From Candidatus Saccharimonadota bacterium (GTDB taxonomy: Bacteria > Patescibacteriota > Gracilibacteria > UBA1369 > 2-02-FULL-48-14), in assembly GCA_965230905.1 (NCBI GenBank), contig OZ246396.1, positions 1,200,001 to 1,232,000 of the forward strand: DNA of 32,000 nt. The letters run 5' to 3'. Both the position numbers and the translations under genes were made by a program. Of the stretch, positions 20,724 through 29,456 are shown piece by piece; the stretch's first letter is position 1, and the number at the start of each line of letters is the position of its first letter. Under the pieces are notes generated by a model. It saw nothing but the letters and a program-made list of their open reading frames with translations, did not search any database and was not told where the DNA came from.

Positions 20724-21812
20724 CTACGCAGAGCGCTTCTTAGAAACGTCAAGTGCGTACACGGCACGTCCCACACGTACGAACTGAGGGTTCTTTTGAA
20801 GATTGAGGGAAATGGTCCCCTTCTTTACGCGGCGTTGCTTGAGCACTCCTTTGATGATGTCTTGCTTGGTGAGCGGGCTCTTTTTTGAAAGCAAAGATTC
20901 GATGATGTCGGTCACGGTTCCATCTTCAAATCCCCATTCCTTGAGGGCGTAGAGACCACGTCCCACGAGAACGAATTGAGGGTAACGGATAAGCTCGTTG
21001 TGAACCGCTTGAACGGTAACTTTTTTAGCATCGAAACGAGATTCCATGATCTTTTTTGCGATTTCCACAAAGTGCAGAGGCTTGTTTTCGAGACGAAGCA
21101 CTATGAGCGCCTTATCGCGGATGCTCTTTGGGTTGATATGACGCCAAGCCATGAGTCCGTAACCGGCCTCTGTTTTCTTGATGCGTTCATCCACTTGGAG
21201 CAAAGCCGTGAAAAAATCTTCGGCGAATCCAAAAGTTTGCGCGTGCTTGTGCTTCTTCATTTCGGCAACGAGTGCTTCTTCGTCCATCACTTCCTTTTTT
21301 TGGCTGAATACGCCGTGCGCGTGGTCGAGGAGTTCCTCAATCACGGCAGGAGAAATGCTGGAAAGATGCCAGCTGAGACGGAAAGTGTTGTTCTTTTCGA
21401 GGTACGCGAGGCTTGGGCAAATAGTGAGCGAAAGACGTACGATGTGTTGATCTACGTCGATGCTGTTTTCGATCATGTCGAGGATGCGTCGAGTCAGGTC
21501 ATCTTCCAAAAGAAGGCCTCCGTTTTCTCTCAAAATAGCCTCAGCTACTTCGTGAATGAAGCGAAGTTTAGTGCTATTTACCGTTCGTTTTAGCTTTCCA
21601 AGAGCGATTTTTTCGATTTGGCGAACACGTTCGCGGGTCACGTTGAATGAGCGTCCAATGCTTTCCAAAGTTCGGCGTTCTTTGTTGTCGAGGGAGAACC
21701 GTTGTACCACCACTTCGCGCTCCTTTTCTGTAAGCACCATGAAAATGTCTTCAATGATCTCTGTCAGGTTTAATTTAAGTACTGGAGCGTTCATTTTTAG
21801 TGATGGTGTCAT
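20724..21812 (-). CDS. sigma-70 region-4 HTH protein fused to two HARE-HTH-like modules
   Basis: 362-aa ORF. The N-terminal TLESIGRSFNVTRERVRQIEKIALGKLKR is a sigma region 4.2 HTH. No region 2 is visible. Two C-terminal segments (PLHFVEIAKKI...FVLVGRGLYALKEW and PLTKQDIIKGV...FVRVGRAVYALD) fit the HARE-HTH pattern of the RNAP delta N-domain. Confidence 0.7.
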   Translation of the reverse strand: MTPSLKMNAPVLKLNLTEIIEDIFMVLTEKEREVVVQRFSLDNKERRTLESIGRSFNVTRERVRQIEKIALGKLKRTVNSTKLRFIHEVAEAILRENGGLLLEDDLTRRILDMIENSIDVDQHIVRLSLTICPSLAYLEKNNTFRLSWHLSSISPAVIEELLDHAHGVFSQKKEVMDEEALVAEMKKHKHAQTFGFAEDFFTALLQVDERIKKTEAGYGLMAWRHINPKSIRDKALIVLRLENKPLHFVEIAKKIMESRFDAKKVTVQAVHNELIRYPQFVLVGRGLYALKEWGFEDGTVTDIIESLLSKKSPLTKQDIIKGVLKQRRVKKGTISLNLQKNPQFVRVGRAVYALDVSKKRSA

Positions 21813-21963
21813 AAGCCGTTAATCAATTAAAACTACTAAAATCTGGAGTGTTCACAAGATATTCATCCGTGTGAGAAGCGTCAATAGATAATTTAATGTT
21901 CATTTCGTCAACTTTGGTCTTAGATAGCGTAATCTATGCCTATTTTATATTTTTGTCAACACC

Positions 21964-21993
21964 TTGCCAAGAAAGTGTCTGATCCGATAGTAT
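21964..21993 (+). promoter_or_regulatory. promoter candidate TTGCCA-N18-TAGTAT for tRNA-Leu
   Basis: -35 at 21964-21969 and -10 at 21988-21993. The tRNA 5' end (22002) lies 8 nt after the -10, implying little or no 5' leader. Confidence 0.5.
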
Positions 21994-22001
21994 CCACGCG
22001 T

Positions 22002-22085
22002 GCTCGGATGGCGAAATGGCAGACGCGCTAGCCTTAGGAGCTAGTACCTTCGGGTGTGAGAGTTCAAGTCTCTCTCCGAGCACCA
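22002..22085 (+). tRNA. tRNA-Leu (anticodon UAG), CCA encoded
   Basis: Hand-folded. Acceptor GCTCGGA/TCCGAGC has 7/7 pairs. D-arm is GCG-AAATGGCAGA-CGC. Anticodon arm is CTAGC-CTTAGGA-GCTAG (anticodon TAG, G37). There is a long variable arm, as expected for a class II tRNA. T-arm is GAGAG-TTCAAGT-CTCTC, followed by discriminator A and CCA. Confidence 0.92.
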
Positions 22086-22125
22086 CACTCGCCAAAGACG
22101 AGAATTCCCTGTTACCTTCACAAAC

Positions 22126-22425
22126 ATGAAACTCTTCTCCTTTAGAAAGCCTGGCACGGGTAAGGCCATTGCCACTATTCAACTCAAGGTAGATAGCGAG
22201 AAGGATTTTAGGAATTATGTGAAGTATCTGTCGCATCCGTGGCACATCATGTGGAGGAATTTTTTGGCGGGGACTTTTCATGGAGTGGGATTCATTTTGG
22301 GAACAGCGATTTTTCTGACCATTTTGGGGTATATTGTGAATTCAGTCATGGGGGAACTCCCCTTCTTTTCAGACCTTGCCCAGGCGATTAACTTGTGGCT
22401 GCAGTCAACCTTAGAACACTCATGA
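22126..22425 (+). CDS. small membrane protein (2 predicted TM segments)
   Basis: 99-aa ORF with hydrophobic stretches NFLAGTFHGVGFILGTAIFLTILGYIV. Its stop TGA overlaps the dnaE ATG (ATGA at 22422-22425). Confidence 0.6.
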   Translation: MKLFSFRKPGTGKAIATIQLKVDSEKDFRNYVKYLSHPWHIMWRNFLAGTFHGVGFILGTAIFLTILGYIVNSVMGELPFFSDLAQAINLWLQSTLEHS

Positions 22426-25400
22426 GTTTTGTTCATCTACACAATCATACTCATTACAGCATTCTGTCCGCGCTCGCGAAGCCCGATCAGTATGTTCAGT
22501 TAGCCAAGTCTCAGGGCTCGCCCGCGGTGGCGATTACGGATAGCGGTGTGATGTACGGGGCGATGGACCTTTATAAGTATGCGAAGGCTGCCGGGATTAA
22601 GCCGATCATTGGGCTGGAGGCGTATATTGCGCCGCTGGGACACACGAATAAAACGCCGGAGAACCGTTATTACACCTTGGTTTTGCTGGCTTATAATAAT
22701 GAGGGTTACCAAAACTTATTGAAGCTTTCCACGATTGCGGCGCTGGAAGGTTTTTATTACAAGCCGCGCATGGACGACGAGCTTTTGGAGAAATATGGAG
22801 CGGGACTGATTGCGCTTTCCGGGAACTTGAGCGGCGGAATTCCACGGGCGATTTTGGAAAACAATGTGGATTCAGCGCGGGAAATGATTAAAAATTATCA
22901 GCGGATTTTTGGGAAAGAGAATTTTTATTTGGAAATAGAGCATCACCCCGAAGTGGCGAACTGGAGCATTTTGAATAGTAAGCTGCTCACTTTGTCGGAA
23001 GAAATGGGGGCGCCATTGGTGGCGGCGAACGATTGCCACTATGCCTACCCCGAAGATGCGGAGGCTCACGACGTACTGATTTGTGTGCAGATGCAAAAGA
23101 CCGTGCAAGACGAACACCGCCTCCGCTTTGTGGGGAATTACGCGATGCGCAGCCCCGAGGACATGATTGAGGCGTTTCGCTTTTGCCCGGAGGCCGTGGC
23201 GAACACTTTAAAGATTGCGGAGCGGTGCAACGTGACCATTGAGTTTGGAAAATATCAGATTCCGGTTTTTGATACCGGCAAGGAAGAGACGGAGGATTAT
23301 TTAAGAAAACTGTGTGAGGTGGGTTTTGAAGAACGCTATGGAAAAAATCCGAGTGACGAAGCAAAAGCGCGGCTGGAGTTTGAACTCGAGACCATTCATA
23401 AAATGGGCTTCGATGCGTATTTTTTGATTGTTCACGATTTTATTCGGCACGCGAAGGAGACTGGTATTGTGGTGGGCCCGGGGCGTGGAAGCGCGGCCGG
23501 TTCGATTATTGCTTATTGTTTGCGAATCACGGAGCTCGACCCGCTGAAATACGGGCTGCTCTTCGAACGATTTTTGAATCCGGAGCGTATAAGCATGCCC
23601 GATATCGACGTGGATTTTGCGGACAATCGCCGTGAAGAAGTTTTAAAATATGTAACGGAAAAATATGGAGAAGACCACGTGGCGCAGATCATTACGTTTG
23701 GAACGCTGGCTGCCAAGGCTGCGATTCGGGATGCGGGCCGTGCGCTGGGCCACAGCTACGCCGATGTGGATTTGGTGGCCAAAAAAGTTCCGCCTGCCAT
23801 TTTAGGTAAGTACGCGCCGCTTGCCGAATCTATAGTCAGCGATCCCGAACTTTCTAAGCTCTATAAAGAAAACGCGCAGGCCAAGGAGATTTTGGATACC
23901 GCAATCAAACTCGAAGGGACGATCCGCCAAGTAGGGACACACGCCAGTGCCGTGATCATTGCCGGCAAACCGCTTCTGGAAACCACTCCCATTCAAAAAG
24001 CGACCGGCGAAAAGGAGGGAATTATTACGCAGTACTCCATGAAGCCGTGTGAAGAATTGGGTCTGCTTAAAATGGATTTCCTGGGCCTCAGTAACTTGAG
24101 CATCGTGGAAACGACTTTAGGGATTTTGAGACGGACGAAGCCGGAATTGAAACTGGATTTGGAAAAGCTGCCGATGGACGACGCCAAAACCTACGAGCTT
24201 TTGAAACGCGGGGAAACCACCGGAGTATTCCAATTGGAATCGGGTGGAATGAAACGGTATTTGCGTGATTTGAAGCCGACGGAATTCGGGGACATCATCG
24301 CCATGGTGTCTTTGTACCGCCCTGGGCCGATGCAGTTTATTTCAGTTTATATTGACGGCAAGCACGGGAAAAAGAAGGTGACGTATTTGCATCCGTCGCT
24401 GGAGGCCGTTTTGAAGGAGACTTATGGAATTGCGATTTATCAGGAACAGATTTTGGAAATCGCCAAGCGTTTTGCCGGGTTTAGCTTGGGCGAAGCCGAT
24501 TTGCTACGCCGTGCGATCGGTAAAAAAGTAATGAAGGAACTCGTGGCGCAAAGGCAAAAATTCATTGAAGGCGCCATTGCCCAAAAGAACGATAAAAAAC
24601 TTGCGGAGAAAATATTTGATGAAGTGATCGAGCCCTTTGCCGGTTACGGGTTCAACAAATCTCATGCGGCGTGTTACGCGCTCATCGCCTACCAAACCGC
24701 GTATCTAAAGGCTCATTACCCTGCTGAATTCATGGCGGCGTTGCTGACTTCGGATGCGGATAATACGGAACGCGTGGTGGTGGAAATTGAGGAGTGTCGA
24801 AACATGGGCATCGCGGTTTTACCACCGAGTGTGAATGAATCCCGCGCGCATTTCACGGTGGTGGACGACAAGACGATTCGCTTCGGACTCATGGCGGTGA
24901 AAGGAATGGGAGAAGGACCTGTGCGTGAAATCATTCATGCCCGCGAACGCGAAGGGGCTTTTACGAACTTGGAAAATTTTGCCAAGCGTGTGCCAGCCAA
25001 GTTACTTAATAAAAAGAGCATCGTGTGTTTGGCGTATGCTGGTGCGATTGATGACTTTGGAGAACGCGCAGAACTGGCCGCCAATTACGACGAGATCAGT
25101 GACTATGCAAAAAATATTCAATCCTCAATCACCGAAGGACAAAACGATCTTTTTGCAGATTTGGAGGGCGCGGACACGAGCAGCTTGAAACTCAATCACG
25201 TTCCGCCTGTGGAGAGCACACAGCGCTTCAAATGGGAAAAAGAAACGGTGGGACTTTATATTTCTGGGCATCCGCTGCAGGGACTCAAACGTTATTTCCA
25301 AGGCAAGGGTAAACTTATCGGTCAGCTCAATGAAAAACTCGTCGATAAAAAAATTAAAATCACCGGGTTGGTGGCGCAGCTTCGTAAAGTGATGACCAAG

Positions 25401-25934
25401 TCCGGACGCTACATGGCCATGGGCGAAATTGAAGACCCAACGGCGCGCGTGAACTTTGTGGTTTTCCCTCAAGCTTATGACAAAATCGGGGCGCTGCTGG
25501 ATGCCGATAAAGTGTATTCCGTGGAAGGCAAACTCGACATGCGCGGCGAGGATTTTCAGGTGATTGTGGATTCTTTAAAACCTCTCTCGCTCGATAATAT
25601 TTTGAAGGCCGCTAATGAAAATGGACTCTTTGATCCGAGCGAACACATTGTGGGAGTGCCACCGCTGCGCAGTGAAGAAAAGGCGGCGGAAGAAACTGGC
25701 GGTGTGGAAGGCAGCGAAGTCGCGGGCGGCCCTTACATTATTAAATTGGAAGAAGGCACCGATCCCGACGTTTTGAAAAAATTAAAACCTCTGTTGGAAG
25801 CACACAAGGGCGACACCACGGTGGAAATCCACATGCCTTCCGGCGGAATGCTCAAGCGCGTGAAAGTTCCGTTTGGCGTGAATACGGCGAGTGCGGAGCT
25901 GCAAGGTGAGCTTAAAAAACTGCTGGCGGTTTAA
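22422..25934 (+). CDS. dnaE: DNA polymerase III alpha subunit
   Basis: It starts MSFVHLHNHTHYSIL (PHP domain) and carries the polymerase-core motifs MPDIDVDF and GLLKMDFLGL. The ORF-track GTG at 22395 is a less likely start than ATG 22422, which overlaps the upstream stop. Confidence 0.95.
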   Translation: MSFVHLHNHTHYSILSALAKPDQYVQLAKSQGSPAVAITDSGVMYGAMDLYKYAKAAGIKPIIGLEAYIAPLGHTNKTPENRYYTLVLLAYNNEGYQNLLKLSTIAALEGFYYKPRMDDELLEKYGAGLIALSGNLSGGIPRAILENNVDSAREMIKNYQRIFGKENFYLEIEHHPEVANWSILNSKLLTLSEEMGAPLVAANDCHYAYPEDAEAHDVLICVQMQKTVQDEHRLRFVGNYAMRSPEDMIEAFRFCPEAVANTLKIAERCNVTIEFGKYQIPVFDTGKEETEDYLRKLCEVGFEERYGKNPSDEAKARLEFELETIHKMGFDAYFLIVHDFIRHAKETGIVVGPGRGSAAGSIIAYCLRITELDPLKYGLLFERFLNPERISMPDIDVDFADNRREEVLKYVTEKYGEDHVAQIITFGTLAAKAAIRDAGRALGHSYADVDLVAKKVPPAILGKYAPLAESIVSDPELSKLYKENAQAKEILDTAIKLEGTIRQVGTHASAVIIAGKPLLETTPIQKATGEKEGIITQYSMKPCEELGLLKMDFLGLSNLSIVETTLGILRRTKPELKLDLEKLPMDDAKTYELLKRGETTGVFQLESGGMKRYLRDLKPTEFGDIIAMVSLYRPGPMQFISVYIDGKHGKKKVTYLHPSLEAVLKETYGIAIYQEQILEIAKRFAGFSLGEADLLRRAIGKKVMKELVAQRQKFIEGAIAQKNDKKLAEKIFDEVIEPFAGYGFNKSHAACYALIAYQTAYLKAHYPAEFMAALLTSDADNTERVVVEIEECRNMGIAVLPPSVNESRAHFTVVDDKTIRFGLMAVKGMGEGPVREIIHAREREGAFTNLENFAKRVPAKLLNKKSIVCLAYAGAIDDFGERAELAANYDEISDYAKNIQSSITEGQNDLFADLEGADTSSLKLNHVPPVESTQRFKWEKETVGLYISGHPLQGLKRYFQGKGKLIGQLNEKLVDKKIKITGLVAQLRKVMTKSGRYMAMGEIEDPTARVNFVVFPQAYDKIGALLDADKVYSVEGKLDMRGEDFQVIVDSLKPLSLDNILKAANENGLFDPSEHIVGVPPLRSEEKAAEETGGVEGSEVAGGPYIIKLEEGTDPDVLKKLKPLLEAHKGDTTVEIHMPSGGMLKRVKVPFGVNTASAELQGELKKLLAV

Positions 25935-25935
25935 T

Positions 25936-26472
25936 ATGAAGCAACTCAGCGAAACCATCGATAATTGTGAGGCAGATACCCTTTTACTCAGTGGTACTTT
26001 TGACCCAAGTCATCGTGGACACATACGGGCTTTAGAAGAAGGCTTCGAAGCCTATCCTCAGGCGAGAAGCGCTATTGTTTTGCCTCACAGTTGGAATCCA
26101 AAAAAAGCTCCACGTCATAGTGTAGAAGTTCGATCCAGATGGTTCCAACAAAGCATGGAACATTTTGCAGAACATTTACTCCCCAGAGTAAGCATTGTTG
26201 ACTGCGATGGTTTAAATGGCCGAGAGGGTTTGGGTCATTTTGATGATCTCCTTGTAAGGAATCGGACTAAAATAATCCGTATAATTGGTGAAGTGGGGAG
26301 TGGAAGGATGTTAGACTTCCTTCAAAGAAATAGCATTCGTCATCTCTTGGTCTCCAGGGTTCCCTGCCACAGTTCCAGTGAAATTAAAGAGGCTATTGTT
26401 AAAGGTGAAATCGATAGAGTTCGTGATCTGGTTGAACCCAGTGTTTTGGAGGAGGTCTTGTCTTCTCGGTAA
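25936..26472 (+). CDS. NadD-like nucleotidyltransferase (cytidylyltransferase superfamily)
   Basis: 178 aa from ATG 25936, 1 nt after the dnaE stop. It has the GTFDPSHRGH (HxGH) motif and a C-terminal HSSSEIKEAI resembling ISSTxIR. The specific substrate is not determinable. Confidence 0.65.
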   Translation: MKQLSETIDNCEADTLLLSGTFDPSHRGHIRALEEGFEAYPQARSAIVLPHSWNPKKAPRHSVEVRSRWFQQSMEHFAEHLLPRVSIVDCDGLNGREGLGHFDDLLVRNRTKIIRIIGEVGSGRMLDFLQRNSIRHLLVSRVPCHSSSEIKEAIVKGEIDRVRDLVEPSVLEEVLSSR

Positions 26473-26502
26473 TTGCCTCTTAGAATGCACTCAACCTAAT
26501 TT
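26473..26502 (+). promoter_or_regulatory. promoter candidate TTGCCT-N18-TAATTT ending 8 nt before the aspS ATG
   Basis: -35 at 26473-26478 and -10 at 26497-26502. ATG is at 26511. Confidence 0.4.
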
Positions 26503-26510
26503 GCCCATCT

Positions 26511-28280
26511 ATGTACCGAACGCACACCTGTGGAGAACTTCGCCCGACTCACGAAGGCCAGACCGTTACCCTCAGTGGATGGGTGCACCGACGCCGCGAC
26601 CATGGAGAGCTTATTTTTATTGATCTTCGAGACCGTTACGGGCTGACTCAGATTGTGTTTAATCCTGCTGAGAATGCGGCGGCCCACAAGATTGCAGAAG
26701 AAGCGCGACCTGAATTCGTGCTCAAAGTGACCGGAAAAGTGAGTGTTCGCCCAACTGGTGGAGAGAACAAAGACATGGCGACCGGAGCTATCGAAGTAGC
26801 CATTGAAAGTGCGGAAATTTTGAACCGATCCAAGACGCCGCCTTTTGAAATCGACCAAAACAAGGAAGTGAACGAGGAAACTCGTCTCAAATACCGTTAC
26901 CTCGATCTGCGAAAAGACCGCATGAAGAACAACGTGATTTTCCGTCACAAGTTCATCAAGCGTCTGCGCGACCTTATGGATGAACGCGGATTCTGCGAAG
27001 TGGAAACGCCTATGCTTATGAAGGGAACTCCCGAGGGATCTCGTGAATTCATTGTGCCTGCCCGACTTTATCCTGGAACTTTCTACGTACTTCCTCAGTC
27101 GCCTCAACAGCTCAAGCAGCTGCTCATGGTGGCCGGGATGGATAAATACTTCCAGATCGCGCGATGTTTCCGTGATGAAGACAGCCGTGGAGACCGCCAA
27201 CCTGAGTTCACTCAAATGGACTTGGAGATGTCTTTTGTGGAAGAAGAGGATGTGATGAGCCTGAACGAAGAAGTTTTGACGATTTTGCTCAAGGAATTGG
27301 TGCCTGAAAAGGAAATCATGCAAACGCCTTTCCCACGTCTCACTTGGCACGACGCCATGAGCCGCTACGGAACCGACAAACCCGACATGCGTTTTGGAAT
27401 GGAAATCAAGGATGTGACCGAAATTGTGAAAGGCTGCGACTTTAAAGTTTTTGCCGATGCAGCTGCTAAAGGATATGTGAAATGCCTCACCGTAGAAGGC
27501 GGTGCTGAATTCAGCCGAAAAGAAATCGACGATATGACCGAAATCGCTAAGGTGTATGGAGCCAAGGGGCTCGCGTACATTGTGATGGAAGCCGAAGGGC
27601 CAAAATCTCCGATAGCGAAATTCTTTAAGGAGGAAGAGCTCGCGGCTTTGATCAAGGCAGCTGACGCCAAGACCGGCGATATTATTTTCTTCTCTGCCAG
27701 CGATTCCTTTGAAGTGGCTTGTAACTCCCTTGGGTACGTTCGTTTGGCATGTGGAGACCGATTTAATCTCCGTGACCCAAACAAACTCGCGCTGCTCTGG
27801 GTGATCGACTTCCCTCTCTTTGAAACCAGCGAAGAAGGCCGCCTCGTTTCTGCGCACCACCCTTTCACCGCGCCTAAAGCGGACCAAATCGACCAGCTCG
27901 ACACCGATCCAAAAAACGTGCTCGCGAAGGCTTATGACATTGCGATGAACGGAAGCGAAATCGGAGGAGGATCCATTCGTATCCACTCCCCTCTTGTTCA
28001 AGAAAAAATCTTCAAAACCCTCGGCATCACCGACGTTGAAATCGAACGCCGTTTCGGCCACATATTGGAAGCCTTCTCGTACGGCGCACCGCCGCACGGA
28101 GGAATCGCCTGGGGCTTGGATAGGATTTTGATGCTTTTGAGGGACGAGCCGAATATTCGCGAAGTGATTGCGTTTCCGAAGGATTCTAAGGCGAAGGATT
28201 TGCTCACCGGAGCGCCTAGTTCATTACCTGATGAGACACTGAAGGAAATGCATGTGAAGGTTTTGGAGGAGGAGAAATAG
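26511..28280 (+). CDS. aspS: aspartate--tRNA ligase (bacterial type)
   Basis: 589-aa ORF. It starts MYRTHTCGELR and carries the class II motifs FRDEDSRGDRQPEFTQMD and GGGSIRIH, plus the GAPPHGGIAWGLDR motif 3 region. Confidence 0.95.
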   Translation: MYRTHTCGELRPTHEGQTVTLSGWVHRRRDHGELIFIDLRDRYGLTQIVFNPAENAAAHKIAEEARPEFVLKVTGKVSVRPTGGENKDMATGAIEVAIESAEILNRSKTPPFEIDQNKEVNEETRLKYRYLDLRKDRMKNNVIFRHKFIKRLRDLMDERGFCEVETPMLMKGTPEGSREFIVPARLYPGTFYVLPQSPQQLKQLLMVAGMDKYFQIARCFRDEDSRGDRQPEFTQMDLEMSFVEEEDVMSLNEEVLTILLKELVPEKEIMQTPFPRLTWHDAMSRYGTDKPDMRFGMEIKDVTEIVKGCDFKVFADAAAKGYVKCLTVEGGAEFSRKEIDDMTEIAKVYGAKGLAYIVMEAEGPKSPIAKFFKEEELAALIKAADAKTGDIIFFSASDSFEVACNSLGYVRLACGDRFNLRDPNKLALLWVIDFPLFETSEEGRLVSAHHPFTAPKADQIDQLDTDPKNVLAKAYDIAMNGSEIGGGSIRIHSPLVQEKIFKTLGITDVEIERRFGHILEAFSYGAPPHGGIAWGLDRILMLLRDEPNIREVIAFPKDSKAKDLLTGAPSSLPDETLKEMHVKVLEEEK

Positions 28281-28301
28281 ACTCTCTTTAATCCCCTCAG
28301 T

Positions 28302-28565
28302 ATGAAAAGAAAAATCCTCATTTCTTCACTGGTACTTTTTGTGGTCCTTATGACTTTATCGATTCTCCTCTTCCGTTATGATGATAGGCCTTCAGATGGC
28401 AATTTAACTTATGGATTCCCTTTTCCAATTTATTATAAAACAGCAGGATTTGGAGGTCCCGAGACATCTGGTTTAGTGCTTTTTGGTCTGACTATTGATG
28501 TGCTTATCTTTTACGCAGTATCGCTCGTCAGTTCCTATACGTTTTTTAGAGTGAGGGAGAGATAA
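28302..28565 (+). CDS. small membrane protein (2 TM)
   Basis: 87-aa ORF with an N-terminal KRK followed by hydrophobic ILISSLVLFVVLMTLSILLF, and a second TM segment LVLFGLTIDVLIFYAVSLV. Confidence 0.55.
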   Translation: MKRKILISSLVLFVVLMTLSILLFRYDDRPSDGNLTYGFPFPIYYKTAGFGGPETSGLVLFGLTIDVLIFYAVSLVSSYTFFRVRER

Positions 28566-28568
28566 GGA

Positions 28569-28602
28569 GTGATGGAAGTGACGTGCGAGCTTCCTCCATC
28601 AC
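28569..28602 (+). terminator. imperfect hairpin after ORF 28302-28565 (no U-run)
   Basis: GTGATGGAAG (28569-28578) pairs with CTTCC-TCC-ATCAC (28590-28602): a 10-bp stem with a 3-nt bulge and an 11-nt loop. Confidence 0.3.
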
Positions 28603-28610
28603 AGGCCACC

Positions 28611-28639
28611 TTGACCCGCCCCGTTTAAAGGACTAGATT
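28611..28639 (+). promoter_or_regulatory. promoter candidate TTGACC-N17-TAGATT for the lipoprotein genes
   Basis: -35 at 28611-28616 and -10 at 28634-28639. This implies that the TTG at 28644 used by the ORF track is not the start. Confidence 0.45.
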
Positions 28640-28706
28640 TAAATTGTCCGAAAAGGAAGTCGGGCTTTTCCCTTTCCGAACCTTTTTTATATGTAACCCC
28701 CTTTTT

Positions 28707-28889
28707 ATGCAAACCGCATTTTCTTTTAAGCAATCCGTTTTGATTCTTGCCGTCCTTATAGCCATTGCTGGGCTGACTTCGGGATGTGACACTACGCCGA
28801 ATGACAACGGTGATGAAATCCTCAACATGGACTTGGACGCTTCGGGTAGTGGCAGTTTAGAGCTGGATGAAGACGATGACTCTTACTAA
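28707..28889 (+). CDS. small acidic lipoprotein candidate
   Basis: 60 aa from ATG 28707. MQTAFSFKQSVLILAVLIAIAGLTSGC has a signal-peptide shape with a lipobox-like TSGC. The mature part is D/E/G/S-rich and ends LELDEDDDSY. Confidence 0.55.
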   Translation: MQTAFSFKQSVLILAVLIAIAGLTSGCDTTPNDNGDEILNMDLDASGSGSLELDEDDDSY

Positions 28890-28967
28890 ACCAGGATTCA
28901 ATTATCGAATTCGTTCATTGCAAATTTTTGCAACTGCGCTAAGGTTAAGATACCTAAATTCCCTCCC

Positions 28968-29384
28968 ATGAAAAAATATTTCTTACTCGTGCAGTTCCTT
29001 TTACTCGTGTCCCTATCTGCTTGTGGCAGTTCGGACTACTCCGAGGATGGTAGTTACGACTACGACACGGAGCAGTACTCCGAAGGTTACTCATGGGCCA
29101 GCGACAACTATATCTACGACACCGATGATTGTTACGGCGGCTCAGACGCATTTACCGACGGTTGCGAGGCTTTCATTTATAGCACTTATGAGGACAGTTC
29201 CTACGAAGACAGCAGTTACGAGTCGGATCCTAGCGTCGATGAATATTCCCCTGAATTCGAGGAATATTACGATGGTTATTCATGGGCCAGAGACAACTAT
29301 ATCTACGACACCGATGATTGCTACGGCGGTTCCGAATGGTTTACTGCAGGATGTGAGGATTACGTTATGGAGAGTGCTTACTGA
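28968..29384 (+). CDS. acidic Tyr/Asp/Ser-rich lipoprotein with two 63-aa Cys-containing repeats
   Basis: MKKYFLLVQFLLLVSLSAC has a canonical lipobox (LSAC). The mature protein has no Lys and only one Arg, and contains two copies of GYSWAxDNYIYDTDDCYGGSxxFTxGCE. Confidence 0.7.
   Translation: MKKYFLLVQFLLLVSLSACGSSDYSEDGSYDYDTEQYSEGYSWASDNYIYDTDDCYGGSDAFTDGCEAFIYSTYEDSSYEDSSYESDPSVDEYSPEFEEYYDGYSWARDNYIYDTDDCYGGSEWFTAGCEDYVMESAY
29070..29369 (+). repeat. intragenic duplication, period 189 nt (63 codons)
   Basis: Repeat units are 29070-29180 and 29259-29369. The cores 29091-29140 and 29280-29329 are 48/50 nt identical by hand alignment. Confidence 0.9.
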
Positions 29385-29456
29385 TTTTGCCGGAGAAATA
29401 ATTTCCTTACCCCTCCACGCGCCTTGTGTTAAAGTAGCTGGGACGTCAATCCACCC

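Noticed and set aside
21940-22281. 113-aa minus-strand ORF
   Set aside because: It runs straight across the well-folded tRNA-Leu (22002-22085) and its promoter, and overlaps the start of ORF 22126. Spurious.
26496-28097. 533-aa minus-strand ORF opposite aspS
   Set aside because: It is antisense to a gene with clear class II AspRS motifs. The translation is H/F/R-rich with no recognisable domain, and I found no independent promoter or start context.
28644-28706. TTG-initiated N-terminal extension of the small lipoprotein ORF
   Set aside because: The TTG lies only 4 nt after the predicted -10 (TAGATT). The signal peptide with its lipobox begins at Met 28707.
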